The notes beneath the pieces are model-generated. The model was given only the letters and a program-made list of their open reading frames with translations. It had not been told where the DNA came from and did no database searches. DNA of 62,367 bases, filler included, from Sphacelaria rigidula (Eukaryota): the NCBI GenBank assembly GCA_964200075.2. It is 10 parts of 10 records of this genome, joined end to end, with 100 filler letters (N's around TTAATTAATTAA, not from the genome) between each part and the next. Parts side by side here need not be neighbours in the genome. Positions count along the whole stretch, not along the records: positions 1 to 6,147 come from CAXNAA020021938.1; positions 6,248 to 12,394 come from CAXNAA020021939.1; positions 12,495 to 18,641 come from CAXNAA020021940.1; 7 more parts are not named here. One strand, 5' to 3'. The position numbers and the translations under genes are program-made. Positions 1 to 12,640 of the stretch are shown in pieces. Position 1 is the stretch's first letter; each line of letters begins with the position of its first letter.

Positions 1-80
1 GCCCACATATCCCGAAAGGGGTAGACTGGCGCCCAGAATAAATGGGACGATAACACACACATACACACACACACAACACA
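1..80 (+). mobile_element. 3' end of tRNA-derived SINE family A
   Basis: GCCCACATATCCCGAAAGGGGTAGACTGGCGCCCAGAATAAATGGGACGATAAC plus a (CA)n tail matches the SINE A 3' end at about 20145-20201. Confidence 0.8.
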
Positions 81-297
81 GTGCCTCTGCTCGTATAATG
101 TTGCTTTGGTATAGAATATTCTGTGCGCCATATCTCGAGATATATGACGAATTAGGTGAAGTTGAGGGTATCGATCGTTTCCCCGTGCTCCAGGGAATAC
201 CCACACCAAAAATTGTCATCATCCGCTCTATGTATCATCCGGGGTCTCATGTAGGCTTTAGTATGGACCCTATCCCCCCACGGGAGAGGAATTGCTA

Positions 298-452
298 GAC
301 ATGACGTTTCATTAACGAGAAAAAAAAATGGCCCAGACTTTTGAGCAGATGGGCATCCTCCCATAGATGAGACGATTGATACGATATGCGGATTGCGGGC
401 CAACTCGTCTGTGTCGATGAGATACGGCTTTGAGAGCTTTAACCCGTTTCTA
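298..452. repeat. Dispersed repeat shared, in reverse complement, with 18495-18641
   Basis: TTGAGCAGATGGGCA...ATGCGGAT...CCAACTCGTCTGTGTCGATGA is present inverted at the end of contig 3. Confidence 0.8.
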
Positions 453-539
453 GGCTGGACCAGCTCGTATAAACACGAAATAACGAAGCTAACCATTTTT
501 TTCTTTGCACAAACTAGAGCACAGGCCGGACGTCGACAT

Positions 540-2020
540 GAGATGCCAAGGGTAACCATGGTAGTTGACAAGGAGTTGCGCAAGGATGCACATCACTACC
601 CACCTTATTCAAGGTATTTGTGAATGACATGCTAGTGGCCGAAGAAACATAAAATCAAGTGTCAGGGTGGGGGGAGGCATGGTGTCCGTATTGATGTTGA
701 CTGGTGATTTTGAAGGGATATGGAAGAATGCTAGAGGAGAATCAAGACGAGGTGATGTCCACAAGTGAATATGGGGAGTAAAAGACAAGAAAAAGAGACA
801 TGATAGAATTCAGGGGAAAACAAGCGCGAAGACGGAAAACGAACGAGCAAGAGCACCTGAAGATGTACGGGGAGTTGAGGGAGGGGATACGGATGAAAAC
901 ATGTCTGCATGGCCCAATGGACTCCGCGAAAAAGTTGAAACTGCAATTTCGGGTGCAGAACCTGGACCTGCCAAAAATAAGGAGGTGCTTCCTCTGTCCC
1001 ATGAGTAAAGTCCGTCATGGAGGATAGGCCGTACCTCGCCAACGGAGGTGCTCACGATGTTATAGGTTCGTTGAAAATATACAGTAATGGATATGGCCAC
1101 TGGAAAAAACAAAAACAAAACAATCAACCTACAACCTTGTAATCGTTGGGTCAAACATGGCCAAATTTCGACGAAATTTCGCCAATCTGTACCTCGTCGG
1201 TCGAATTTCAACGAATTTGGCTCATTTTGAAGTAATTGAAGGCTACAATGTAAACGAGTGGTTTCGGACTACAATTGTAGGCGTAGTTACCGTATGCCAG
1301 CGACGAGGTGGAGAAAAAGAGCCAGTTATGCTTTTTTTCTCGATTTTTGCCGCTTTTCAGGTTTCCAGGGTTTTTCTCTGTGTTCTGGAAAAGGGGCGAA
1401 ATATGGTCATTTTTGGGCCGACTGATCGTTTATCGGCAGTTCGCGCCTGCTGGCTGCTGGGCAAACATGAGAGAAAAAGACCTGATTCAACTAAAATACC
1501 CCTGAAGATTCCGAAAAAAATATCGCCTACGGCATTGGACACGATCAAGGGTCCGTGTGATTATAACGGACTTTACTTATGGGACAGAGGAAGTATACCC
1601 GTGGTCGGGTGGAGGAGGAAAGAGATGCACAAAATTTGCCCCTGTGGCAACGCAATGGAAAGTAGAACTCATATAGTGACAGAGCGTAAACTATACAACG
1701 AGGAACGGGGCGTGTTAGGCGGGAAATACGGGAAGTAGACGAAGGTGACATGAAATCGTTTGATACAGTAGACAGTAGGGAGAAGACTACCGCTATGCTA
1801 GGAGATGGACGGTGTTCCCCGACTACGAAGCAGGAAAGGAACAGGATATGTAAAGTATTTTGTGTAGTGTACGGAAGAAACATGATGAGCGCCCAGATGT
1901 TGGAGATGTGCCTAATTAGGAGTAGGAACGTTGCTCCGTCTCGAAAGCAATGCCTGGTAAATGGCCAGACGACTAAGACAAGCAACGAATGAGTACGCTC
2001 CTTCCCCTTCCCCACCCCAT
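540..2020 (+). mobile_element. Decayed 5'-truncated non-LTR retrotransposon (ORF2 C-terminus and 3' end), interrupted by the MITE at 988-1593
   Basis: Translations EHLKMYGELREGI..KLKLQFRVQNLDLP and CPCGNAMESRTHIVTE align with the 57165-58307 copy. It ends in GAGTACGCTCCTTCCCC. Confidence 0.85.
988..1593. mobile_element. Tc1/mariner (Stowaway-like) MITE, copy 1
   Basis: TIRs CTTCCTCTGTCCCATGAGTAAAGTCCGT / ACGGACTTTACTTATGGGACAGAGGAAG, flanked by TG and TA. It splits the LINE at a point that is contiguous in the 57165 copy. Confidence 0.9.
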
Positions 2021-2345
2021 CCCCTCTCAAAGAAACGTCCTTGAAGGGGTGTGGTGGAGTTATCCACTCATGAGGTACTCCTTCCGTACACACTTCTTTT
2101 CAGGAGTTTCTGTTGTTTATCAAGCCGTAATAAGAGTCTAGCTTTGCTCGGTTTTTGCACATGTATGTACCGCGGTTGTTGACCTCTGGGAAAAAATCCG
2201 AAATCTTAGTTTGGGCTCCTCTAACCGTCTCCGCTTTGCTTATGATGATGTACCTCGTGCTTAATCGCAAAGTAAAATCAAAAGTTCACCACGGAATCAT
2301 CTCTTCTTTGTTTCGTACATTTTGGCCGCGGCGTCCTTTGTCTTA

Positions 2346-2520
2346 GGCCAACTCTTGTGGGAGCGTTTAGAATTTTATTTTGCAATAATATGAAACGTCT
2401 TTTTTTCTTTTCTTTGCCGTAGTTGTGTATTTTGTGCCCGTTCACCGTGATGGCAAAGCAAAAAAAAAGCTCTGAAATTGTTGCAAACTAAAATTACGAA
2501 CGCTCCCATAAGAGTTGACC
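2346..2520. mobile_element. PIF/Harbinger (Tourist-like) MITE
   Basis: Long TIRs GGCCAACTCTTGTGGGAGCGTT / AACGCTCCCATAAGAGTTGACC with TTA on both sides. A second copy lies at 48869-49040. Confidence 0.85.
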
Positions 2521-3477
2521 TTAGTGCGGGAGTCAATACATACTCTAACTTTCTCCGCCAAAGCTGGCTCTGCTTTGCTCTTGTGTTGCCCTTGCTTCGC
2601 ATTTGTGACGACCTGGTTTTTCTCTCCCCTCCCCCCCCCCCAACCCACCTCGTTCCTCAGGACGAAATGCAGATTCATTTCAAATTGTGCTGGCGCCTGA
2701 CTTGCACAATTTTGTTCTTGTCGAGCTCTGAGATGTCAGTATTTGACTGTCACCCAGTCTCAAGCCCTGTGGTGGATCAATTGAGGTCTTCACTATATCG
2801 GGCGTATCAACACATACCCGATTTTTCACGTACTGGCACATGTACACTCTAACGCTAACGCTAGCCCCGACTGTACCTCGACGAAGGCAGAGCGTGAACA
2901 CTTGGGCAGCGAGGGTGCTTTACGAGTATGGCTCCGTGGTCGATGGGCGCGCTGTCCTACGGCGCCGATTTGAGCAAAAACGCCTTGCTGCGCCTCGTGT
3001 CGTCCCAGGGAACCGGTTGTTGAAACCAAGAAAAAGCTGTTCGAAGATCCGGATATGGACTGCTGTCGCCAGTTTTTAACTCTTCACTCAACATAATCAC
3101 CTCGTAATCATTACTGCTGACGAATAGACTGCCTCGGCTGAGGTCGCTTCGCGGATCGCTGCGGCGTCAGCCGCATTATCATCACACCCTCAAACATGAC
3201 CGCTGACAAATTTACTGCCCTGGCGCAGATCTATCTCGCTGAGCGCAGCGGCGTCAGCCGCGGGCCTCGATGTATGTGGGCCCTGTGGTGCAACGTTTTG
3301 TTTCTCTCGCCTGGAGACGTGTCCATTTGAAACCGTACGATCGGACTTTCCCATAAATTTCTTGGCTGTGTTGTGTCGATTTGATGTTTTCCCTGAAGTT
3401 TCGGTAAACCACTACCGGGGGATTTTCAAACATGTGCGTGCGTGCGTGTTTTGTCTTCTTCGCTTTCTCGTGGCCAG

Positions 3478-4401
3478 ATATGTCATCCGGCGCAGGCACC
3501 GATAGAGCCCGTCGTGTTCGGAAGCATCGATCACGTGCTGTCTTCAGGGGTCAACACGGGCAGACCAGACCGGGTGAGGGAGGTCGAGACTTATTTGTAT
3601 GACCCTTTCTCTGCTTGTTTTTGTTTTTTGTCCATGTTTTTTGAGTGTTCCGTTCTTGATGCGCGAGAAGAACGAAAATGACAAATGGAAAGGCCACTTT
3701 TGACGACGTTCCTGCCGTTCGGTTTTTCACGTGCTCATTGCTTTTTCAGTGACAGGACCCCCCAAAAAATTCAAGGAACCTCCTCAACTTTATCTATCTA
3801 AAATCCCAATAGGGAAATCACCCACACGTCTGGGAAGCACCCTGGGATCCCCACATCTGAGCAGACTTTGAAGAGAATCGGCCTCCTCGAAGACTCAGTT
3901 GCCGTATCTCGAATCACGGAGGCCTCTGATCGGAACGCAACCTTGTTTTACTTGCAGGTGTCTTACTCGCACGAGGAGGAGACGCAACTGATGCACATGA
4001 AGCACGTGTCGGCAGACGAGATGTGGCTCACGGAAAACCCGGGGTCGCAAAAGCTCCTGACGGGCAGTTTCCACCCCATACCCAGGTGACGAATTTGTTT
4101 CTTCTTTCTTGTATGCTAGCGTGCGTACATCGGTTTTGAACCCGTCAGTTGCTCGTCGTTATCTTCCTGTTTCATGCTGTATGTTTGTTCCCCACTTCCC
4201 CCCGTCTCAACCGGGTCGCTCGTTCTTCATGCTTGTCGGTGTGCCTGCGTGTGTGTGAAGAGACCCCATCGGGTCATTTCTTTTTTGTTGAGTCGACTGA
4301 TTGATGTTCATGTGTATGTACTTTACATGTGTGTTTGTAGGTCCCTCTCAAGTTTCGTCACTCATGACGACACATGGGAGTCTGGGTCGACAAAGAAGTA
4401 G
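3478..4401 (+). CDS. Last three exons of an unidentified protein (3478-3573, 3958-4085, 4341-4401)
   Basis: AG/GT-bounded exons with pyrimidine-rich acceptors and compatible phases (0, 0, 2): ICHPAQAP..GRPDR / VSYSHEEETQLMHMKH..HPIP / RSLSSFVTHDDTWESGSTKK*. No family recognised. Confidence 0.55.
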
Positions 4402-4787
4402 AAATACCACGGGCTCGCAGAGCTTGACAGTAGGAGAGCCCCGATGGATGGGCGTGTTGCGCGATGTGGCATATAGATACGTCACGTGAATGAATGAGTA
4501 CAAACCTTGTCTCTATGCAGGCTTTTAAACCTTTGGCCGGTCGGAGGGTTTCCATTTCAGCCAAATTGGCGTCAGACTTGGGTGTACATCTGACTCTGGG
4601 TGCTCAAATAATGAAGACGCTTGCGTGTAGGAGGCCCGCTGTGAAGATAACACCAGTTTCAAATGGGTGGCACCGAGCAATGTTGAGTTTGTAGGTGCTC
4701 AAGTGACTAAGGGGTTCCATGGTCGGATTCCGCGTCGATCAATCATCGCGATGAAATATTTTCATTATTTATTTCCACGTGGTACTC

Positions 4788-4885
4788 ATTATTTTATTTT
4801 TATTTGTCGCACTTTGAACCCCTCCTCTTCCTCGGGATGAATCCGTGGTTTCAAGGGATTCACCCATCTCTCGCGATGAATACGT
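4788..4885 (-). mobile_element. 3' fragment of SINE family B
   Basis: TTTGTCGCACTTTGAACCCCTC...TCCGTGGTTTCAAGGGATTCACCCATCTCTC matches about 20879-20945, with an A-rich tail on the minus strand. Confidence 0.75.
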
Positions 4886-6147
4886 ATGCAAAAAGTTTGG
4901 GCTGGAAATGGAAGAACGTCTCGCAATAACGGTGATGCAGGTGCACCAGCAAGAAAGGGTTCACGGATACAGGAGCGCATCTTGCGCGGAGGCAGACTGT
5001 TGGCATGGTCCACCGAGCCATACAACACACGCAAACAATGTGTGAAAAAAAATGTCGAAAAGGACAATAGAGTCGCTACGAATAGCCCGCGAAGTCGTGG
5101 ACACTAACACGCCTCATGCACTCGAACGGGGTGCACTGCGCTTTTTTCGCTTAGGATCGCAAATGATGGCATTCATCGTGTGCGGAGTGGCTCAATTTTT
5201 TTGTGCATCGTGATTCCCCCCCCTTTCCAACGATTTCATGTATAACCTGCGGTCACGGTGAGTCACCAATTTATTTGTGCACGACCGCCGCTTGTTTGTG
5301 TCGCTATTCTGCTGTGGTGCCGAGCAGCTCCCAGGTGGAATGGGAACGCGGCGCCTACCTGGAGTAGAAGGCCCTGCCTACGGTGAACCGCTTATCATTG
5401 CGACGGCGAACGTGACCCCTGCCCCCCTTCTCCTGCCCGGTGGCCAATTTTCAATGTCGAATTTATCGCAAGACTTTGATGTTGGGGATGAGCCGAAGAC
5501 GAAAACTTGCGTTTTGTCGGGAACTTCTCCTCGAGACAATATCCACACGACGCAGTCGAGAGCTATTGATTGTCGTGCAGTGTGTGTGTTTTTATCGTCG
5601 AAAAAAACGGTGTTGACGCAAAAAGTTATCCCAGCGAGGGTGTCGGGGAGTAGGAGGGGGGGAGTTGGGAAAAGTCAGTTCGTAGTAATAGGGCATGTAG
5701 ACTTTGAAGGGAAGCGGGACAAGACACGTGACACGAGGGGGCAAGGCATGCAATGCAACCGACATACAAGGGGGCTTGCATGTGCGTCGTAGCGCTGGTG
5801 CTCTTCGGTTTACTACGCGGGTCTGTCCAGGAAGATGCAAGGAAGACCGATATAATTTTCGGTTTTCAGGGGTTTCTGCGTGAGGGGGCAGCTGAGTGGG
5901 GAGGTGAACAGCTAGAACCGTCTGTACCACGTGTCCGGTCTGTAGAAGTAAAACCTAAACAACTGTGAGCTGTGTATACCGCCAACCGTGGTGTAATGGA
6001 TGTCGCAAAAAAACGGATGCAAATGGGGGGTGTACTCATCATCTTGCATGCCGTTCTTATGCGGGGGGGGGGGGGGGGGGGCAAGCGGGGGGTAAAAAAC
6101 AAAGAGCAGGGAAAGGGGCGCCAAAGTTTAGGACGAAAAGAGACAAA

Positions 6148-6247
6148 NNNNNNNNNNNNNNNNNNNNNNNNNNNNNNNNNNNNNNNNNNNNTTAATTAAT
6201 TAANNNNNNNNNNNNNNNNNNNNNNNNNNNNNNNNNNNNNNNNNNNN
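6148..6247. other. Artificial contig linker, first of nine (others at 12395, 18642, 24889, 31136, 37383, 43630, 49876, 56122)
   Basis: Identical 100-nt N44-TTAATTAATTAA-N44 blocks with stops in all six frames. The segments between them are all 6147 or 6146 bp. Confidence 0.98.
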
Positions 6248-6462
6248 GGGGGTCCCCCCACAAGGCCCGACAACAGCCACGTGCCCCGGAGGGCAACCAC
6301 TCCCCCAAACCCCACAAAAAAAACCCCCCCCCCCCCCCCCCCCCCCCCCAGAGGATACACCCGGGTGACGATGTTGCCAAACGCCAAAACGTTATCACCG
6401 GCATGCGTTACATTGTGCGATTTGTGGCGAGGGTTAGAAACGACGCATAGAATGACGGCTAC

Positions 6463-9400
6463 CTCTCCGAGCACCGCGAGCGCTCAAGCCGCCATGGCAA
6501 GCTCCCCGGGTTTGCACTCCATCGCCCTCTCCGACAGCTTTTCGACCAGGGCAGACGGGAGTCAGCTCTGTCCCACGCGCAGAAACGTCAGGCGTCACAC
6601 ACACGCACGGGCGTGGGGCTGCAAGTGTCAGCCATATGTAGCCAAGCAATTCACGTTAAATTGTTTTTTGTCGCGTTGTATTTGAGAGGATGGGGGCGAG
6701 ACGCGAACAGAGAACCATGTCCGAATGAACGCGTCGTTGTGTAGATGGGGTCAGCAGAGGCAAACGTCTGGTTTCGCGCTGGGGGCAGGCCGCAGCAGCA
6801 ACAGCTGGGGACCCTGAACTCAAATTAAACCCTGGCCTGGGCTAAGCGCTGATGGTGTCACATCAGCAAAACGTTCCTTACGACATAAAAACAAGAACGA
6901 CACGAACGCATGAATACGAGCGTCATCGCATAACAGGTCAGTCAACACATAACAGGCCACTCGAAAAATCTAAACCTTAACCCAAACAAAAATCCACATG
7001 AACCGCCGCGGGCTACTATAAAACAACCTCAGTTGGCCCCAGTGTTGCTCACCTGAAACTACAACACAAAAGGCCCGGGACAGCGACAAACTAGCCACCC
7101 ATGTTTACCGCTCTACGGCAATCCTTCAAAGCACCACATACACCTGGCTAGAAGATTCCGTCGGGAGCAAAGAGCCCCCCTTCTCCCGCGCGCCGCTACC
7201 GAACCTCAGGGGACCGATCTCGTGGAGCCCTTTCTCCTTTTCCGTTTGGGTCAGCACCTCTCCGTCCCAGGCCTCGGGGCTGCCAAGCTTGGCGACGGAC
7301 CAGAGAAGCTGGGCGAGGTTGCGCGCGTTCACCAGATCTGCGTCCACGAGCACCTCGGTGACCTGAGAGACTGCGCGCGTTTATCGAGCGAGTTGTTATC
7401 GTTTGCACGCTTTCTCTTGTTTTGAAAGGATTTTTTCGGAGTGCTTGTCTTTTCCAAAAGGCACAACAAGGAAACCCTTAATCGCCCTCTGGGAACGGAA
7501 CTAGACTACTCGAGGAACGTCTCCGCGAAACCGCCTTTTTCGTCGTGAGCTGTTTGCTTGAACCGCTGCGTACTGACGGCACATGCCAACAAGGCTGCAC
7601 CGTCCAAAACCCACAATCCAAAACCTACACTTGCCAAAACTCACCGCACAAAAACTCTCTCACCTCAAGTAGTACCTCGAGGTACTTGGGCTCCTCTTTC
7701 CCCTTCAGGCCGCCGCTGCGCCGCGCCGCCGTGAGCTTGGCCACCCGGTTCACCGCCGTCGACACGGGAACAAAGTGTGATCGATGGGGGCGATCCAGGA
7801 CAGCTCGCATCGCCTTTCAAAACGTGCACCGCGACGAAGGACAAAAGCAGAGGCAAGGGGGGCAGAAGCATGTTGTGGTGTTGTATATATTCAGTCAAAA
7901 GGAAAAGAAAAAGACACTTGAAGACTATCAGGACAGAATCGTGGAGGCAGCAATATGCCACCGCTGTGGTCATGGCTCAACGCAAGAAGGACAATCCTGA
8001 AAGGGTCTGTTATCTAATACCACGCCTCAAGCCTCGGTCTTTCGCTTCATCGCCGCCTTTGTGAACAGCTCCCAAACTCCTTCACATCAAAGCCCCGCAA
8101 GACGCTCTTACCTGCATGGGGGTCACCGCAGACTGCACAACCTGCTACGCGTGCCACGCCACTGCCTTACTCGCCCCAAACGGTCCTCCCTGAGAGCCAG
8201 CGCTTCAACGGCGGGGGGGGCTACCCTTCCCCTCGCGTTCCTTCTCCTGCTGCCCCCCCCAGCCCTCTCGCTAATAGCTGTGTCCTCTCCTTTACCACCC
8301 TCCGATAGCCCCCTCGTGGGATGCTCCTCATTTCCTATTGCTATCCCTGTCCCCGGAGCCCCCGACAGTACACCAGCAACCCCAACTTCAGATGTGGTGT
8401 TTTCCTCCGCGTCCCCAGGTACCTGGGCTTCTAGCTGCTAGTCATCTTGCCGGGTTGTTCGTGGAGGTGCTGCTGCGGTTGCAGCGGACTGCGATAAGGA
8501 CGATGCCAGACCTTCCCTTTACTGCTGCCGTTCTACTGCAGCCAGTCCGTCGGAGGCGAGGAGCGAGTACGGTACGGAGAAGCCGACGGCGACGTTGGTC
8601 CTGCGGCTGCTGCTGCTGCTTCCGCTACCACTGCCGCGACCGCTCCGCGAGCCCTCCTCTTGCTGCTCGGTTTGTACAGGCCCCGCTTCAGCCGCTCCTG
8701 CAGAACCTCCTCCCACTCGCTCTTGATCGCGGGAACCCTGACCCCCTCAGGGAGCGTCGGTGGCGCCGCGGCCGTGCTAGACCGCACTGCCGTGCTGCCT
8801 CGACTCCCCCCACCGCTTGATCGAAGCGACCCCCCGGTGAGTATTCTTCCCGTTGAGATCCATCCTGAACTCTCTTTTGGTGTCTCTGCCGCCGCCGGGC
8901 GCGGCGCTCTTCCTCTGCCGCGCCGAAGGCTCGGCTCCCTGCGCCGCTCTCCCGGCCAGCCATCGACACAATTCCTACTCGGGCCGGCTGCGGCGGCCGT
9001 CTCTCTGCTGCCCAACCCCGACCAAAGCTGCTGATGTCGGTAAGAGACCCCGTGCTATCGCCGCCGCAGAACGCGTTGGTGCTGCCTGGTTGCCGCCTCC
9101 TTCGTAACCGTGCGCGGGGCAGCGGGCGAAGGGCCAGGTGCGCGAAGCCCGCGACGACGGGGGACGCTGTCTCTGTCGCCCGCGAAAACGGTGGTGCGCC
9201 TGGAATGGTATTTTGCCCTGCTGTTTGTTGCCGAGGGTGAGGAGCAAGGTGCAGCGTAGTGTTTGAGGGGTCGTGCGGACGGTTATGTGTCTGTACTAGA
9301 AGCAGCGGTAATCGAGGCATCAATCGAACGCGATGTTTTATATAACGGGTGTATCCGTATCCGCATCCGTAGTCTAATTCGAATCCGTGGAGCTCTGTTG

Positions 9401-10101
9401 GTGGGTTAGTCGGCGTCTTTGGCAACCGGCGAGCCGCTGGGTGCGCGAGACATTACCACTTTGCGATTGGAGCTTCGAATTCAGGGCTACCTGTTAGAGT
9501 GGCTACTGGGGCGTAGTTGTTGTCATGCGAATCGGGAGGTATTGCTGCCGCTGCTGTACGCTTGCGTTGAACACAGCAGTCTCCGCGGCCCATAGCACAT
9601 GAGAAAGGTTTGAGCACTCGGCAGCTGCGCTGTTTGTAGAGGCTGTTGAAAGGAGACAAACTGCTCCACGGTAGTGGGCCGCCAGTAATTATGTTTCTGG
9701 TGCACTTTACTACTGGTGGTTGGTGCCGCGGTTGCAGCCATCGGGCAGGGACATGCATGTTGAACAGCCTTATAGCCGCGGATGCGGCAATCGCAGACGA
9801 CAGCGACTGACGACCGCCGACAAACCACGACACCGATCAACAGCAAAGCGACTACAGAAACCCATACTCCCTTCCACTCTACCGATTCTCTGGACTGCAC
9901 CATTACTGCATGTACTGAACGCGCCATCAGGGCGGCACATACACACAACTCACCTTCCGGGAGAGCAGCCCCGACCCTCCTGCATGACACCGACCCGAGG
10001 ACGCCCACAAGCCCCGCCTGCATAGCCCGAGACCAGCAGGGCAAAGCACACAAACTTCTCCGTCTTCTGTGTGTCCCCATGCTCGAGTTCGGTCGCTCCA
10101 T
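6463..10101 (-). pseudogene. Disrupted OPR/RAP (FASTK-like) helical-repeat RNA-binding protein gene; exons about 10101-9954, 9199-8112, 7813-7664, 7362-7144, 6567-6463
   Basis: Motifs VSTAVNRVAKL, NARNLAQLLWSVAKLG and KPGELAMAA*ALAVLG resemble OPR repeats, and splice sites are canonical. In-frame TGA occurs at 6484-6486 and 6562-6564. Minus-strand stops occur in all three frames at 8431-8444. Confidence 0.65.
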
Positions 10102-11647
10102 CGTCGCACAGCAGCGCAGAGAGGCAAGATGAGCAGGCGGCGTGAACGAGTTTTGGGGGCGCCGGTAGGGTATTTATGCAGGCGTAGGTATGCGCGGGCT
10201 CAAGTGCATCCACGGGGGTTCCTCGACAGCTCCGCCTGCTCGTCCCATACCGAGACTCACTGCTCTGCCTACTGGAAGGGAAGGGACTGAGAGGTGAGTG
10301 TGATCCCTGGTCCCTGCTTGTCGGTTTTGATCTTCGTTGCAGGACTTGTTGTAGATTTAAATCTCGAATATTGCCCTCCCCCCCCTGCTATCCAAAGTCA
10401 GCCGGCTTCTGGGTAATACAACCCGGCCCCGCTGCCGCTTAGCCACTTGCCCGAAGGCAATCGCCACCCCGTAATCCCGTCATATCTGTAGTCCTGAACT
10501 TGGTTTAACGGTTGTGGAGGTTTCACGTCTATGTGAACCCTTCAACGGTCACGAGCCCACTGCTGTGTGTACAAGTTTGCAGTTGGTTTACGGTGCAAAG
10601 ACTTGTACGCCCTCTCTCTCCGCAGTAGATCTACATATGAGCTGTTGCTGTCTCGCCCCCACTCTCCTCGCTATCAATGTTAGCAGCCGATCTTCGTCTT
10701 TAACCCTTGTGGAACCGATGATGGAAAATTGGGGATTTATATTCGACTTTTTTTCGGGCAAGAGATGATTGTTCTTCTGCAAACTTTGAGCAAACGATTC
10801 GCCCAAAGCGTGTTTTCCAGACCCGTGCGAATGGAACGTGAAAGAAAAAAGGTTCTCTATTTACAGATATTATGACGACTTGTTCGACCCGTCAGTGTTT
10901 TCCAACCCCCGCCAGAGTGCATGGTTGCATTTCCGTGAAGCAATCTTCACGCCGCACCTGCAGTAGATGCTTCGTGCCGCATCATGGCAAGCCTACGCCT
11001 GAATTGCAATAATGAAGGCGACGCCGACGGCACATTTACCTCAGTTATGCCGCCGTCTACTGTCTGTATTCGGAGACAGTCACCGTCAAGCACTGTGGGA
11101 AGGTGTTCACCTACTTCTCTGTACTGCGTGTGGTCATGATACTTTCAGCTTATTCCAAGTGTAAACTCACGTCATGCGCGTTACTATAGTACTCCGTCGT
11201 CCGCGTGTATTCGGCACCACACTGCGCTTTGATTATTTCATAACGGCGACGAGGATGTCATGTACCCCGACGTTATAGATACCCCTGGTGCAGCGTAGGC
11301 GGGGGCCGTTACTTTGGCATATTATCTTATACAGGCTGTCACGGTGTAGGCTGTGACTTTACCGCATATCTCATGCTGCGCTTTGTGCTGTACGTTTCCA
11401 CGACACCACCTCTATATTGCGGGTCGATCATGCCTGAACGTTGCAGAGCCCCACCTTGCGCTTCGTGAGGTGTATTACTCTGGCTTGCGCTATCGCGTTA
11501 GGACCGTCTGTCCTAGTGGGCGGCGTTGGGGTTTCATGCAATGATATTAAATAACTTCTTTCTTCTTGCATGGATCACCGTAACATCGTTTTTCAGTTAT
11601 ACTGGACTGGAGTGAAGTGTGACGTGTGTTCACTGACTGTAGTTGTA

Positions 11648-12236
11648 CTTCCTCTGTCCCATAAGTATACTACGTTGTGGGCGGCAGATCGTATCTCGCC
11701 GGTGCATGCGCCCATTATGCTATACTTAGGTTCGCTGGAAAGCTCTGGTCATGGAGATGACCACAGAAAAAAAATCAAATCCCGACTCGTACTTACTGAG
11801 AATGCTTGGGTCGAAAATGACCAAATTTCGACCAATCTTGACTACTTTGAACCACATTCGGCGTAGATTCGACGAAATTGGCCTGTTTTGTAGTCAACGA
11901 AGGCTTCTACGTGCCCAAGGGGTTTTGGACGACACGTAGGTATCACACACAAGCGACGAATCGGAGAAAAATAGTCAGTTTCCGTTTTGTTCGCGATTTT
12001 GGCCATTTTCCCGCGATGCCGTCGTTCTTCGCAGCTTTCTGGAAAAGGGCCGGAATAGGGCCTTTTCTCGGCCGACTGGTGTTTTTGGGCCGTTTGTCCA
12101 TGCCAAGTAGTGCGCAAAAATAAAACTCATTCAACTCAAAAACACCAAAGATTCCAAAACAATTATCACCTACGGCAAAGAACACGGTTAAGAGTCTGTG
12201 TAATCATAACGTACTTCACTTATGGGACAGAGGAAG
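11648..12236. mobile_element. Stowaway-like MITE, copy 2
   Basis: TA-CTTCCTCTGTCCCATAAGT ... ACTTATGGGACAGAGGAAG-TA. Confidence 0.9.
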
Positions 12237-12519
12237 TAGTTGGGTTAGGCTGGTTGCGACAGGCTGTCCCTGACTAGTGCAGAGATAGCCCCCCCACAAA
12301 ACGTGCACCGGCACCATCCAACGAACCGGCTGCGATCCTACTATTGGGCTCGTTTGCAGCAATTTCGCCCACATGAGAGGCGTGTAGCAGTCCGNNNNNN
12401 NNNNNNNNNNNNNNNNNNNNNNNNNNNNNNNNNNNNNNTTAATTAATTAANNNNNNNNNNNNNNNNNNNNNNNNNNNNNNNNNNNNNNNNNNNNCCTCTC
12501 CCCCCCCCCCCCCCCCCCC

Positions 12520-12640
12520 CCCCCGGCTGGTGAAGCGACCCCGCGGGAGCGCCGCCGGGGGCGCGAAAAAATGCGGTTTTTGGCGCGTTTTCCCTTCAAA
12601 AATGTGGAAAATTGTACAAAATGCGACCCCTCACATTGAG
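12520..12640 (+). repeat. Dispersed repeat shared with about 48666-48786
   Basis: CCCCGGCTGGTGA..CCCCGCG.GAGCGCCGCC...CCTTCAAAA...GACCCCTCACATTGAGG is present in both places. Confidence 0.8.

Noticed and set aside
6192..6203. TTAATTAATTAA as a biological motif, and ORFs running into N blocks
   Set aside because: It is an artificial six-frame stop linker repeated at fixed spacing.
6484..6564. TGA reassigned to Trp or selenocysteine
   Set aside because: Trp is encoded by TGG elsewhere in the same gene and in other exons, and the gene also has frame disruptions, so decay is the simpler explanation.
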